Origin: a virus | Length of the DNA: 64,000 nucleotides | Reading direction: 5' to 3' (one strand) | IMG/VR virus record: IMGVR_UViG_3300036770_001342 | Location: 42,894-106,893 of that record | Shown here: positions 1-11,800 of the stretch, piece by piece | Position numbering within the stretch: the first letter of the stretch is position 1 | How the letters are laid out: every line of letters begins with the position of its first letter | The notes under the pieces: model-generated | What the model was told of the DNA's origin: nothing | Databases searched by the model: none | The model's input: only the letters and a program-made list of their open reading frames with translations | Position numbers and translations under genes: made by a program

Positions 1-868
1 AAAATTTACTTTGTTCTGGATCTAACACAGACATAGGCAAATCTAGTTTATCTCGCAAAATATTTCCTATAATATCAATCTCTGTTTTAGGATCTTTACT
101 TTTAAATTCTTCCCATAGTATAGAAAAATTATCAAACCACATCACATCTTTATGATCCCAAGTTGATAGCATTGTCATATATGTACCCAATCTAGCACCA
201 TATATTGCCCACAAGCCGTTTTCAACGTCACTGCCTACATTATGCCATATAGTTAAATGATTAAAGTTTCTTCCCGGGACGCGATTTTTAAATTCATCTA
301 CACTGGGTTTACAACCCCTCTCCAAGCACATTTTAACGCCTTCACGAAATCCTGCACGCCATGCTTGAAAAGGTGTATAATTGGGATAAGTTATGCTGTA
401 GCAATCATACATATGCCAGTATAGATTATCTTTAGTGCCGTCCATACAGAAATCTACTTGAGTATGGTCGCTGCCGTCAGTATTTTCATGAGTTTTCATG
501 TTCATGACATAATCTTTTGTCCATGAACTCATCCCACCATTGCCATAACGCAATCCATTAATGTTATTAATTGCTTTCCATCTGAATTGTGCTAGGTGGG
601 CGTTAGCAGGTGCATCTGTAAAATCTAATTGTAGGTTAAAGAAACTCTCTTCGGGCATATTATCGCCATCAATAAGAATAAAGCGTTCTGTGTCGCTGGC
701 TTCAGCAGCGGCTTTATGCGCTGCATCACTACCCTTTACGCCGTCAACACGTTTAGCATAAGGAACCATATTCTTAATTTTAAGCCAAAATTCTTCTTTT
801 TGCGGTTCGTCGTAACTTAAATAAATGCAGTCTAAATCAGCGATATCAATTATTTCATCAGAGTTCAT
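1..868 (-). CDS. Glycosyltransferase-like (GT-A fold) protein, 3' end runs off the window
   Basis: Missing from the ORF track because it is truncated. Manual translation from ATG at 868 gives MNSDEIIDIADLDCIYLSYDEPQKEEFW...RVDGVKGSDAAHKAAAEASDTERFILIDGDN...YGNGG...AWRAGFREGVKM, open to position 1. It has a DxD motif after a hydrophobic strand and overlaps the stop of the upstream ORF. Confidence 0.7.
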   Translation of the reverse strand, partial: MNSDEIIDIADLDCIYLSYDEPQKEEFWLKIKNMVPYAKRVDGVKGSDAAHKAAAEASDTERFILIDGDNMPEESFFNLQLDFTDAPANAHLAQFRWKAINNINGLRYGNGGMSSWTKDYVMNMKTHENTDGSDHTQVDFCMDGTKDNLYWHMYDCYSITYPNYTPFQAWRAGFREGVKMCLERGCKPSVDEFKNRVPGRNFNHLTIWHNVGSDVENGLWAIYGARLGTYMTMLSTWDHKDVMWFDNFSILWEEFKSKDPKTEIDIIGNILRDKLDLPMSVLDPEQSKF

Positions 869-1214
869 ATGTTGATAACTTCCATTGTTTACTATTTACA
901 TCGTCTAGAGTAGTCAGTATACTAATATCATCTTTAGCGCAACTTATCCCGTTACTATCTGGTTTATATTTGGATATAATTGCTCCCGAATTTAGTTTAA
1001 CTAATTTACCGTTTTGAACTTTTAAATCATATCTACATTCTGCATAAGTCTGTGCATCAATAATTAAAAAATTACCTTCGGGTTTATCGCAAGTATAAAA
1101 TAAAATTTTTCCATTTTCATCGTAATATAATCGAAATTGTGTAGGTTCATACTGAACCTCTTCTGCTATTAGGTATTCTATACCGTCAATTTCTACAACT
1201 TTTAAACGTTCCAT
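858..1214 (-). CDS. Hypothetical phage protein (118 aa) in the glycosyltransferase cluster
   Basis: Overlaps both neighbours as in an operon. No recognisable motif. Confidence 0.7.
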   Translation of the reverse strand: MERLKVVEIDGIEYLIAEEVQYEPTQFRLYYDENGKILFYTCDKPEGNFLIIDAQTYAECRYDLKVQNGKLVKLNSGAIISKYKPDSNGISCAKDDISILTTLDDVNSKQWKLSTYEL

Positions 1215-2002
1215 GCCAAACTCAACTCATTACTAAATTTTTTAACATGATAGTGAAAAGGATATTTTTGCGGTATAGTATTAATTCTTAAAGTATGGGA
1301 TAATATTTCGTACACTAATTCATTAGTCCAATCTTCAGTTTTTAACAGATTGATCATTTGTTTCATATGTACCATACTCATTTCTGTAAATGTAGGCATG
1401 GTAGTTTTTTCAGTGCCTATAATATGACAAGCAATAGCGTATACCCAATCAGTAGTTGCTTCTTCGTCTATTTTACATTTTAATATTTTTCTAAATTCAT
1501 CCCAATTTTGAAAAATTATTTTAACCATTTCAAAAAATTGTTTGGCCGTATCTGACTTCTTAAAATAGGTTAAAGCATTATAACAATCAGGCAATTTGTT
1601 TTGATCAATAAACGTTCTATAATACCTAACATCGCTAATATCTTGTTTAAAATTTCTAATCGTGGTTGATACAACTACATCTTGTTGCGAAAGTATGTCC
1701 CACCAGTATTCTATAGAAGATGGTATATACATGTCTGCTTCAAGTTTAATAGTGTGGTCATAGGGACTTGCTTCATACACTTGCCAGTCATTAATTAATT
1801 TCCATTGGCTGTTAGGTGCTTGGTCTCCATATGGTAATGCAATAACTTTATCGAAAAAATTACTATGATCTACATCGTCTGTTATTAATGATATATTAGA
1901 TGAAGGCATTACTTTTCTTATACTGTGTGCCAAAATTTCAGCACATTTGACATAATCTACTGATTCAGTATTTTGAGCAAGTATTACGTATCCTCTACTC
2001 AT
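1202..2002 (-). CDS. Glycosyltransferase-like protein (GT-A/GT8-like)
   Basis: RGYVILA...SPYDHTIKLEADM (ExD at the DxD position). Paralogous layout to the upstream ORF, with a 4-nt ATGA overlap. Confidence 0.65.
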   Translation of the reverse strand: MSRGYVILAQNTESVDYVKCAEILAHSIRKVMPSSNISLITDDVDHSNFFDKVIALPYGDQAPNSQWKLINDWQVYEASPYDHTIKLEADMYIPSSIEYWWDILSQQDVVVSTTIRNFKQDISDVRYYRTFIDQNKLPDCYNALTYFKKSDTAKQFFEMVKIIFQNWDEFRKILKCKIDEEATTDWVYAIACHIIGTEKTTMPTFTEMSMVHMKQMINLLKTEDWTNELVYEILSHTLRINTIPQKYPFHYHVKKFSNELSLAWNV

Positions 2003-2805
2003 TTGATAAGATCCATAAAAATATCTTTATTAATAATATGAAAATCCATATCTTTTACAACAATATATTCCTTTTTAATTTTATTACGCAACCATTTATC
2101 ATAAACAATAGTATATTCAGTATTATATAACTCATCGTTGTTCTTATAGACAAAAGTTTTTGGTCCAATATGCATTAAATTCCAAGGTATTATATCATTG
2201 CTAATATCTATATGCCCATTTACGATACGTAGTGCTAATGTAAGACCGTAATCATTTCTATACGTATCAGTAGAAAACTTATGAATATTAGCGTAGTGTT
2301 CATAATTTTCTTGAACCATTTTTAAACATTCAAAAATTTGTTTAACTTTTTGTGTTTTTTTAAATGCAACTACAGTAGCCCAAACTGTAGGCAAATTAAT
2401 ACCTTGTCCTAAATACTCTTCTTTTGTATAGTCATCCATTAAAAAAGATATTGTTTTATGGCAGACAAAATCATTCATGATTTCAAATGTTTTGTTAAGC
2501 CTATCACTATTAACTACATAATCAACATCTAGCAGTAATGTTTCATCGTATGGACTTAATTCATAACTGCGATAGCGCCCTTTATTTAACCAAACTCTAC
2601 CCTGTAATTGATTGTTGTTATCGCTATCTATAACTATTACTTTATCAAATGTGTTATCTGTAACTGTAGATAATGACGCTTTGTCTGTAATTAATGTTGA
2701 TGGTAATTTTAAAAAATGACTTACACGCTTTGCTGTAAACTCTGCCATTTTAACATAATTATATTCCGGTGAGTTGAAAGCAAACAACAATACACCTCTT
2801 GTCAT
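1999..2805 (-). CDS. Glycosyltransferase-like protein (GT-A/GT8-like)
   Basis: RGVLLFA...SPYDETLLLDVDY (DxD)...WATVVAFKK...RND...DFH, the usual order of motifs in nucleotide-sugar transferases. Confidence 0.7.
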   Translation of the reverse strand: MTRGVLLFAFNSPEYNYVKMAEFTAKRVSHFLKLPSTLITDKASLSTVTDNTFDKVIVIDSDNNNQLQGRVWLNKGRYRSYELSPYDETLLLDVDYVVNSDRLNKTFEIMNDFVCHKTISFLMDDYTKEEYLGQGINLPTVWATVVAFKKTQKVKQIFECLKMVQENYEHYANIHKFSTDTYRNDYGLTLALRIVNGHIDISNDIIPWNLMHIGPKTFVYKNNDELYNTEYTIVYDKWLRNKIKKEYIVVKDMDFHIINKDIFMDLIK

Positions 2806-3110
2806 CTTTTAGTCTCTAATAGTTTATATTCTTTATAATATTCTTGCATAACTGTTTCATAAACAGTTTTTAATTTCTCAAGTAGTTGCAGTCTATCAAC
2901 TTCGACTGGATTGTTATGTGTATCTATTAATACTACTTTATCACTAGTAAAAGATTGTAGTGTGGCTATAGTGGTGGCATCTGCTTTCCACAATCCGTTT
3001 TGTTCGGCAATTAAAATTTTACTGCTATATTTTTCACGCAAGTATTCTTTTGCTGAATTATGACTAAATCTCGCTTTTGCTTCCGATAGTAAGGTTTGGA
3101 CGTCCATCAT
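2802..3110 (-). CDS. Hypothetical protein (102 aa), first gene of the GT operon
   Basis: GAGG RBS and a CTAAATA late promoter upstream. Overlaps the next gene. Confidence 0.75.
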   Translation of the reverse strand: MMDVQTLLSEAKARFSHNSAKEYLREKYSSKILIAEQNGLWKADATTIATLQSFTSDKVVLIDTHNNPVEVDRLQLLEKLKTVYETVMQEYYKEYKLLETKR

Positions 3111-3125
3111 TATGCCTCGTCCAAG

Positions 3126-3132
3126 TATTTAG
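3126..3132 (-). promoter_or_regulatory. Late promoter (CTAAATA) for the GT operon
   Basis: TAAATA core of T4 gp55-type late promoters, in an intergenic gap. Confidence 0.6.
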
Positions 3133-3159
3133 ATATGGGATTTTTACCTAATAAATTTA

Positions 3160-4110
3160 TTAGGCTACTGAGTTACTACCAGTTAATGTAATGGTGCCCC
3201 AAGTATTTGAAATATTTGTTGCTGAGGGCGGGGCTACAGTCAATGTGCATGTTGAACCGCTACCCAATACACCGTTACCGCTTATCTTATCTAGTACCAC
3301 GTTAACATAAACAATGCTACCATTATCACTGTTACTACCCTGTACTCCATTTGTACGGGCATATCCTAACACCTGCACTGTTGCAGTATATGGTGCTGTA
3401 CCTGAATTTTGATCAAAAATTGTTGTATTGCCTGTGCTTAGGCCAAAATAACCATTATTGGTTCCGATAGATTCTACTGAGCCGCTACCACCAATTTTAG
3501 TAACACCGTTATATGCTGTACCAGCAATAGTGCGTGAACCGCTGTTTTGACCACTAATCACAATTGTACCTACTGCTGTACATAATGTATTCATCGCAGC
3601 ATTAATACCTGCTGTTGTGTTAGCGTGGGTAACGCTAAATTTTAATTGTCCGCCTGCATTGAAGAAGTAACGTGCTGCATCACCGTTAGCAAAAGAACAA
3701 GTAAATGCAAAGTTTGCATAGTCTGTCCATGATGAAGCAGTTGTTTGTGTATTTGATGATGTAGTGCCCTGTGATGCTGCATTGCCTTTATTAGTATTAA
3801 TATTTGTAATAGCAGTGCCTAATCCAGATAAGAATGTTACGACTCCGCCTGAACTTGGTGCAGTTAATCCTGTGCTTGCGCCACCCTGGTGTGCGTTTGC
3901 ACTATTAATACTATTAATCATGCTTGCCCAGTTAGTTGCTGCTACTGTTTGTCCTGCAGCAACGTTGCTTATTGCTGTTTGACCGTAACCTGTTTGGCCG
4001 CCGCCGGTAGCCCAAACTGCATTAACAGTAGAACTACTAGTAGTAGGATTTCCACCTGCGCGAGTGTTAAAATCAGAAGCCTCAACTAAACCAAATTGTG
4101 CGTAACTCAT
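3160..4110 (-). CDS. Virion structural protein (tail/fibre-associated, G/T/S/N-rich)
   Basis: Beta-rich, low-charge composition with DAARYFFNAGG. Lies in the late structural block behind a late promoter. Confidence 0.6.
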   Translation of the reverse strand: MSYAQFGLVEASDFNTRAGGNPTTSSSTVNAVWATGGGQTGYGQTAISNVAAGQTVAATNWASMINSINSANAHQGGASTGLTAPSSGGVVTFLSGLGTAITNINTNKGNAASQGTTSSNTQTTASSWTDYANFAFTCSFANGDAARYFFNAGGQLKFSVTHANTTAGINAAMNTLCTAVGTIVISGQNSGSRTIAGTAYNGVTKIGGSGSVESIGTNNGYFGLSTGNTTIFDQNSGTAPYTATVQVLGYARTNGVQGSNSDNGSIVYVNVVLDKISGNGVLGSGSTCTLTVAPPSATNISNTWGTITLTGSNSVA

Positions 4111-4137
4111 GTATGAAATCCTATAAACTTATGAATA

Positions 4138-4145
4138 TATTTATC
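4138..4145 (-). promoter_or_regulatory. Late promoter (GATAAATA)
   Basis: Overlaps the stop of the upstream gene and lies just upstream of the 4110 start. Confidence 0.6.
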
Positions 4146-5085
4146 TTATAGTTACAATCGCCTGGACTACACCCATTTCTGCATCTGTTTTAGTTTCTAA
4201 TGCGCGACCTATAGTATTAAACGCTGTGGCCTCGCCGTCTTTTGCTGCTCTAGCACAGCCATTGCCTGCGCTAACTAAACGCTGACCTTTTACTACTGGA
4301 CCTACAACATTAACATTGACGCGACCAGATACAGCAACCGGCGGGTGAGTATTATCGTCACCTGCACCTGCGTTCATTAGATATCCTGCTGTATGTGATA
4401 TAACGCCGAAAATATCTTCGCTTAATTCATATTTGACCGCAGTAATTTCTTTACTACCGCCCAATTGGACAACTGTACCTGCATCATATGTTTGATCTGC
4501 TTCAAAACGTTCAGCAAGGTCAGCATAAGTTGATTGCAATCTTGATCCTGCAGTTAATGTCCAGTTACCAGTAAGCGAACCTGCAGTACCTGCAGATCCT
4601 GTAGTGATAACTTGTGTAGTAAGATTGCCTATGTTAGCATTTGTGATATTAGCAGTCTGTATGGTTGCAGTACCTGCGATGCTAATTGTCTGACATGCAA
4701 TATTAGGAACTGATAAGTTATTCGTAATAATTGCATTGTTTGCGCTAATCGTACCGATGACCGTTACGCCACCGAATGTCGTGTTACCGCTAGCACTAGT
4801 AGTTGCTAATGATAACCAATTAGCAGCAATTGCTTCACCATCTTCCGGGCAAACATATAACGTTGAATTATTAGTGTTGTACCACAATTGACCGCGCAAC
4901 GGGTTAGCAGGAGGTTCGGTACTTGCAAAATTTTCTGTTAGATGTACAAAGTTCGTGTCTAAAACTTGTCCATAACCAGCGTAGTTTCTACCAGGTAGCC
5001 CTAATGAGGTACTATCTGTGTTAATTTGACCGTCAGCGATAGTTGTTAATACTTGTCCATCGCTTTTTACAATCGTATATGCCAT
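4141..5085 (-). CDS. Short fibre/virion protein with C-terminal autocleaving intramolecular chaperone (Peptidase G2-like)
   Basis: N-terminal GRNYAGYG...LTENFA...P..GQLWY module. C-terminal YADLAERF...GTVV..GG...GVIS...GRV.V pattern of tail-fibre chaperone domains. Confidence 0.65.
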   Translation of the reverse strand: MAYTIVKSDGQVLTTIADGQINTDSTSLGLPGRNYAGYGQVLDTNFVHLTENFASTEPPANPLRGQLWYNTNNSTLYVCPEDGEAIAANWLSLATTSASGNTTFGGVTVIGTISANNAIITNNLSVPNIACQTISIAGTATIQTANITNANIGNLTTQVITTGSAGTAGSLTGNWTLTAGSRLQSTYADLAERFEADQTYDAGTVVQLGGSKEITAVKYELSEDIFGVISHTAGYLMNAGAGDDNTHPPVAVSGRVNVNVVGPVVKGQRLVSAGNGCARAAKDGEATAFNTIGRALETKTDAEMGVVQAIVTIR

Positions 5086-5106
5086 ATCTAATAAACTCCG
5101 CTTTTG

Positions 5107-5114
5107 TATTTATC
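5107..5114 (-). promoter_or_regulatory. Late promoter (GATAAATA)
   Basis: Intergenic, followed by GGAG RBS and ATG at 5085. Confidence 0.65.
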
Positions 5115-5115
5115 T

Positions 5116-5730
5116 CTATATAGTTAATAGGTTTGTGAGACTCTGTATTCTCACTGTATAATCTATCTGTATCTGACGATTTAGTGACTTTTGTACAGGG
5201 TGGAATATAACATGAGTCAATAGTCTAGTTATAACATTACCCTCGTTGTCGGTTCCGTAATTGGCTAGTAGTCCTAATTCATCAAATATATAATCTGAAT
5301 CTGTTTGTGTACTATTGTCGAAGGCGCCCTGTCCTGCAGGTTCACCGTAATCTAATAAACAAGATACTAAAATGTCGCTATACAATTTACCAGAAGTATG
5401 ATTTACTGTCATTTTGTTGCGTGTCGGGTCTAGATTAAACACGCTGGTATCGTCAACAATTTTAGCATATGTTTCGTTGTATAAAGCAGCATTTTGACCT
5501 GTAGTGTTGGGTGGCAAATAAGTAATAATACCGGTTTCGTCTACTGACGCTCCACCATTACCAAATGCCATTTGATATATTTCGCCATATCCACGATTAC
5601 TTAATGTGTCGGCTAATGCTTCACTCATGTTTTCGTAGTTGATAGCATTTTTCTTATCTACGAAAACTTCTAAAGAGTTAGGGTCGTAGATTTTTAAAAA
5701 TCCTTCAATTTTATAGGATACAGTTATCAT
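5116..5730 (-). CDS. Baseplate/tail structural protein (204 aa)
   Basis: MAFGNGG...FDELGL...LLTHVIFHPVQKSLNR..IDYTVR resembles tail-collar/baseplate attachment proteins. Lies directly downstream of the wedge genes. Confidence 0.6.
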   Translation of the reverse strand: MITVSYKIEGFLKIYDPNSLEVFVDKKNAINYENMSEALADTLSNRGYGEIYQMAFGNGGASVDETGIITYLPPNTTGQNAALYNETYAKIVDDTSVFNLDPTRNKMTVNHTSGKLYSDILVSCLLDYGEPAGQGAFDNSTQTDSDYIFDELGLLANYGTDNEGNVITRLLTHVIFHPVQKSLNRQIQIDYTVRIQSLTNLLTI

Positions 5731-5894
5731 TAATCGTCGGCCCTCTTTTGCACAAATATCTCTTTGGTATTAGGATCGTAAATTTTGACATGTGAGGAGA
5801 AATACACACCGCTTTTTTCATCAGGTTTTTTCTCTAATTTTTGCTCTTTTTTGTCGCTAATTTCCGACTTATTCCCTATAGATTTATTTATCAT
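5730..5894 (-). CDS. Small protein (up to 54 aa), below the ORF track cutoff
   Basis: MINKSIGNKSEISDKKEQKLEKKPDEKSGVYFSSHVKIYDPNTKEIFVQKRADD*. Its TAA overlaps the next ATG (TAATG). HVKIYDPNTKEIFVQKR resembles FLKIYDPNSLEVFVDKK of the next gene. Start codon uncertain. Confidence 0.6.
   Translation of the reverse strand: MINKSIGNKSEISDKKEQKLEKKPDEKSGVYFSSHVKIYDPNTKEIFVQKRADD
5885..5892 (-). promoter_or_regulatory. Late promoter (GATAAATA)
   Basis: Immediately after the stop of the 6437-aa gene. Confidence 0.55.
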
Positions 5895-5897
5895 AAA

Positions 5898-8800
5898 CTA
5901 AACATCCAATCTTAAGAAGTTAGGTGCTGACCCTTCTGCGATCTGCAAGGGGTCGCCCTGTGTAGTATTATAGATTCCGGGAATCTTATTCCAAGTATCA
6001 TTATAATTTATGTTCGTCATAGTATTCTTATCTAAAAAACTATAAACTTCGGTATATTTTGGAATGTACACTTGTATACCAGAACCGTTGGCCCCGCGCT
6101 CTACTTCCATACTATTGGTAAATTGATCCACACTCAATACACGCATGTATTCACCCTGCATGTATATCAATTTACCCTCATATACAGTAATTGTCAACAA
6201 GTCTCCTTGTTCAATCCAATCTCCTTCCTGTATTCTAATGTATGGTCCTGTTGATCTGACTTCTAATTGTAAGAAATCTTCTTCAATAAGTCCTTCACGT
6301 CCTAAGGTGTTATTATATACACTTACGTCTATGATATCATTTTTATCTGCATTTAATGGTATGTAATAATAACCTGCTTCCTTAATAGGAGCAACATTTG
6401 TTTGAACACTCTTGAAAGTTAGATTATTAATATCATTTACATAAACAATGTTTTGATATTCTGTCAATACTTCTGTCAACCAAGTTCTTGAATCGCTGTT
6501 TGCTCTGTAAACAGTACCTTGATTATTTTTATCCACTGTATTTACATACACCATTTCGTTAGGTGTTGCAGAAGGCATCATGCTAGTGATAACAATTTCA
6601 TCATCTATACCGATAGGAGCCAATATACTTACTTCATTTGCTGCGTTCAATCTTAATTCAGAAGATGGTACACGTTTACCATTTACAGTTACCCATAAAC
6701 GGTCAACATTAGTTTGTTCCCATTGAGTCAATACTATGTTAGTTGACAGTTGAGGTGTGAGTAATATTGGTGCGCCGTTTATTGTTTCGCTGACACTAAT
6801 CTTGTTATTATCATGATCTATACTACTAATGTAATATTTTTCTCCTGCAATAATTTGAGGAATAGAAGTTGAAGTTCCTAATTTAACATTACTTTCTGTA
6901 AAGTAAACAGGAGTATACAATACTAACGGCAATATATTTTGTACTTCTAGTTCTGTGCTTGTGCAACTTGTAACTCTAGTGGTTTCTAAAATCCAAGTAT
7001 CAGAAGGCCATACATAGCCGCCACTAATATAACTGTCGGATATTGTTATAGGATAATTTACAGCATCTACATATGGGCTATAATTCTCTTCTGGATGTTC
7101 GGGGAAATATTGATATAGATCAAATTGTTCAGAATTGATCACATGTACATAGAACAAATTATTGTTTAATTGTACACTACCCTGAATACCATCTATACGC
7201 ACTAAGTCATTTGTTGATAGTAAATGAGGTACAGCAGTTTGAACACGAACTGCTGGTTGACCACCAACTGCTACGTGCATTAATCCACTGTCGTTGACTG
7301 TTGGATATTCTAAACCATTTTCGTCAATTACTTTGAATCTATTGCCAGAAATAACTTCATGTACCTTATATTCAGTACCGTCTGTATTGACACCGCCAAA
7401 TCCTTGATATACTGGGCTACTACCAGGAATATCAATTTGGAATAATACATTTTGTCCTATAACCATATTTGTTGTGCTATCTGCTATAAAATAGCCCCCT
7501 ACTGCACTTGAAGTTTGAGTGTCTAGTAATGGTTGAGTTATAGTGTTATAAACATTGTTGATAGCAGTAACGTTAATTGGACTTAATTCATATTGAGTGT
7601 TTAAATACTGTCTTTGTGTATCATTGAATGTAGTTACCGCAATCGTATCATTTACTGTTGGTTCTAATGTATCAAATACTAGTACAGCCTGATTATAGTT
7701 AATAGTATATTGATCAGGCATTATTCTTAAACCATTCACTTCAACGATAGCGTTTGTATCGTTATCTTCGCCTAAATAATTTGTTAGATAATAACTACCT
7801 TTTGTTCCGTTACCTGCAAATACTTGAGTTTGCGGTAATGTATAACCATATTGTGTAGGTAATGTTTCTCCAAAGAAAGTAAATGAGATATAATCTACAG
7901 ATGTATCGTACTCACTAGCGAATACTACCTTGGCAGAAATTTGATTATCTGCTAACATAACTGCATAATCTTCTGTGATGAAGTTTGATTTACCTAATGC
8001 ATTTGTTAATGTTACAGCAGGACCTCCTACTGTATCGGATACAGTAAATTGAGTTCCCCCTGATAATACTTCTTTAATGTAATATGTTTTGTGAGGAATT
8101 AGTCCGCCAAATATATTATTATCAAATATAATTTTTTGATTTGGTAATAATCCAACTGTAGAATATGTGATCAAACTATTGTCTGATGCTTTGGATCTAA
8201 TAACTAAATTAGTATCACCGTTAATTAGTTTATTACCATTATAGAATACAGCAGGTGGTGTCCAGTATAAACCAGGACCATTTTGCGCTACTGCAATCAT
8301 ACCAGATCCTGTATCAGAAGTTAAATCAAATATAGGACCTGCAATACCTTCATTAATTGAGTCTGAAACTGTTATAGTTTTTTGTACTGAGTCAATAGTT
8401 TTGACATAATACGGAGTATTTTCATTTAACCCACCAAATACTTCGCCAGTAAAGTAAACGTCATCATTTAAAGTGAATATAGATACGTCATTTACTGTTA
8501 TAGTGTTCAATAAACTATCAGTTGCAATTGCTTCTGTAGAAGTAGGATCAGTAGTTGGTCTTATGATTCCGCTACCGTTTAATCTGTCTGCGGTATAGTT
8601 ACAATTCAACCAAATTTCTTGGAATCCAGTATTACTATTGTCACGTAATGGATCAATTTGTGTATTTGATTTGACTAATTGATCGCCATTACCGACTTCA
8701 TATACATCCACACGTAATTGCTGTGTTTCAGTAATATTTGTGTTTAAGGTTATAGTTTTATTTACATAGTCTACAACATAATCATTATTTGGATAGATAG

Positions 8801-11800
8801 CAGTTGATAAACTATTATCTGTGATATAAACAGCAATACTTGATGGGACTTCAACAACATCAGCAAAACTATATTCACCGCTGCTATCATAGTCTAATTC
8901 GATACTCACTACATTATAACCTACGTGCGCATATTCTGTTGCTGGCCAATTAGTACCCGGACGTGTTGTTACAGTCATTGTTAATTGATCAGTGACTATA
9001 CCGGGAACTAATTCTTCTGGACCATAACCAGACATGAATGGATCACCCTTAATTGTATATGCAGGGTCAGGTATGCTAAACAATTGGGTTCTATCCCATA
9101 CTATAGGATCAGCATTCATATTAGAAGTTTGGAATAATGTATTATTGTTTCCTGCTATAGTCCATTCATTTTTATCACTATTATAATAAATCTTGTTTAA
9201 ATTTTCTGTTGTGCCTGTAGTTTTTTCTGTCCATGTCAACCCGTTTACACTAGTAATCAATTTACCATTATTACCAACAATAGCAAATACACCATCACCA
9301 TATGCTGAACTATTCCAAGAAGTCGCTGAACCATATGCGCCTTGGAACGCATATCCACCTGGTATACTTCTATACACTACCCCTAAATCTCCTGCTAACA
9401 CTACGATATTATTACCGAAAGTTACCGATTTTAAAGGTGCAGTTCGTTGTGCAAATGTTGCGCCGGTATTAATAAAGGCCAAAGTCTCTGTCCAAATTTC
9501 ACCATCAATACTTTGTAATACTAACTTATTAGAATTTTTAGTACCTACTGCTATAAATCCAGTAAATGTAGCAGTTTCAACATATGCCACATCGTATATG
9601 TATCCGGTATTACCTGTTGTGAACTTGTAAGTTTCTACCCAATTTACTGCTGAATCGCTAGTGCAAATATTTTGTCCTACGGCTACATATTTTCCGTTAC
9701 CATATGCAACATTATTAAATGCTAATTTAGATTGAATTAACAATTTTCTTTCAAATTCTAATTCATTATCTTCTACGCCGAATGGGACAAAGAATCCATT
9801 GATTGACCATCCATTTGCATCAGTGCTTGTCAATATAGGAGTAGCACTGTTTGTTGATGTCATTACATATAAATCATCTGTTTTAATAATGTCAGTAATG
9901 TTTAGAGGTTTGTTGCTTAATCTACCCAACAACCAGTCATCAGTTACTTCCATATCTTTTGCAATTGCTGTATAATTAGGCAAATTTGCAGGAGAAATAT
10001 AGTTTACACCGTTCCAGGCTATACCATTGATACTGACATTTTCTGGATAGAAAATTTGATCTTGTAAGATAGTGTCAATGTCATATTGATCGGCAGGATC
10101 GAACGCATTTCCCTTATATGTAGTATTTGGGTATGTTACTCCGGTAAACAATTGATTTAAATCCGTACCCGGCATATTAATTGTTGGTTGATAGTAACCT
10201 TTTACGCGATCCATTGCGTTTAACCTACGATCACCACTATTCAACTCTTCCCATTTACCGAACACAAACTGATCATCATTGTTGGATACAACACAAATAT
10301 AAACACGGTTGTTGTATTTGACAATACTCTGATTGAAATAGAAAGGTTCAGGTAAGAACATAAATGAGCCTGAAGAGGCAACTGTCATAGAACCAGACTC
10401 TACAGAAGTAGTAACCGGCAGTCCACCTGGTTCGTCACTAATAGTTATTGTACTACTTCCCGTATCAATATTTGTTATATAATATGTTTGTCCTAATGTG
10501 ATATTACCGAACACATTTCCTGTAAATACCACCGCACTGTTAAGATTAAATTCAGATACATCATTTAATGTTATGACACCATTAGATGCAACACTTGAAA
10601 CAGTGGATACAGTAGCACCTTGATAGCCTAATGTTAGCCCGCTAACTGGTATCGTCATTCTTGGATCACTGTAGACTTTAAATTGATTTGCAGTAATAAC
10701 TTTCAAGTAATAATTGTTTGTAACAGCATTTGGTTTTCCAGAACAAATTACGCTGACAATGTTGCCATTACTTTCAATAGGTAATGACCAACTAAAAGTA
10801 CCTGGTACTATTGCATCTATTTTATTAACTTTAATAGTTAAATCATTTTTAGGAGAAGATCCTCCCAACAAATTACCCGGTATTGTAATAGTATTGTTTG
10901 CTGTTAATCCTGCTCCCGGATTTGAGATCAATACTTTATATCCACCTAAAATGTAACTTACATCAAATACTGGATCTACTGTAATTTTTTGACTTAATGT
11001 TGCTGGACCATAATCATCTGATGTTATTGCAACATTTACTTTGACATAATCAGGACCTGTACCTATCATACTACCATTATTAGTAGTCAATGCTATAGTA
11101 TCGCCTGTTAAACTATCTTTAATTGTAAATTTAGTAGAATCAATTATATCTTTTACGTAGTATGTTACACCAATTATTATGCTTCCCAATGGATTTCCTG
11201 AAAATACTATAGGCATATTTTCGTATAAACTACTAGTTGTACCGTCAACTGTGAATGTATTACTTGATGCTGAACTATTAGTAATTGCTATTTTTATTTC
11301 ATCAATTTCTTCTATAGTATATGTTGTGCCTGCAATTAGACCACCAATATTTTCATCTACTGTAATTGGCATGCCGATATACATGCCAGTAGTACCACCA
11401 CTTTTATGTGTTAATGTAATTAGGTTAGCAGCGGTGGAAGTATGATCTATCATTCTCTCAATCAAATTACCATAATTTGTTGCTGTAATATTAGTAAATT
11501 GATTGCTTGTTGGATAGAATGTGAACAACTGGCCATCAACTTGGCCAGGACTTGCTGGTAACTGAATATTAACAGTCATATTTCCATTTGCTGTTGTTAA
11601 TGCAAAATTAGTTTCTTGATCCACAAAAAAGCAATAAGTTTGACTATTTGATGTTACAGGTGTTAGGGCAAATGTTGAACCACCTAATGTTTCACTGATT
11701 GTTATAACATTGACATCAATAGTTTTTACATAATATATGTTACCTTGTTGTATATTTCCCCAACTTGTAACTGGCTCACCTTCAACAGTCATGTTGCTAA

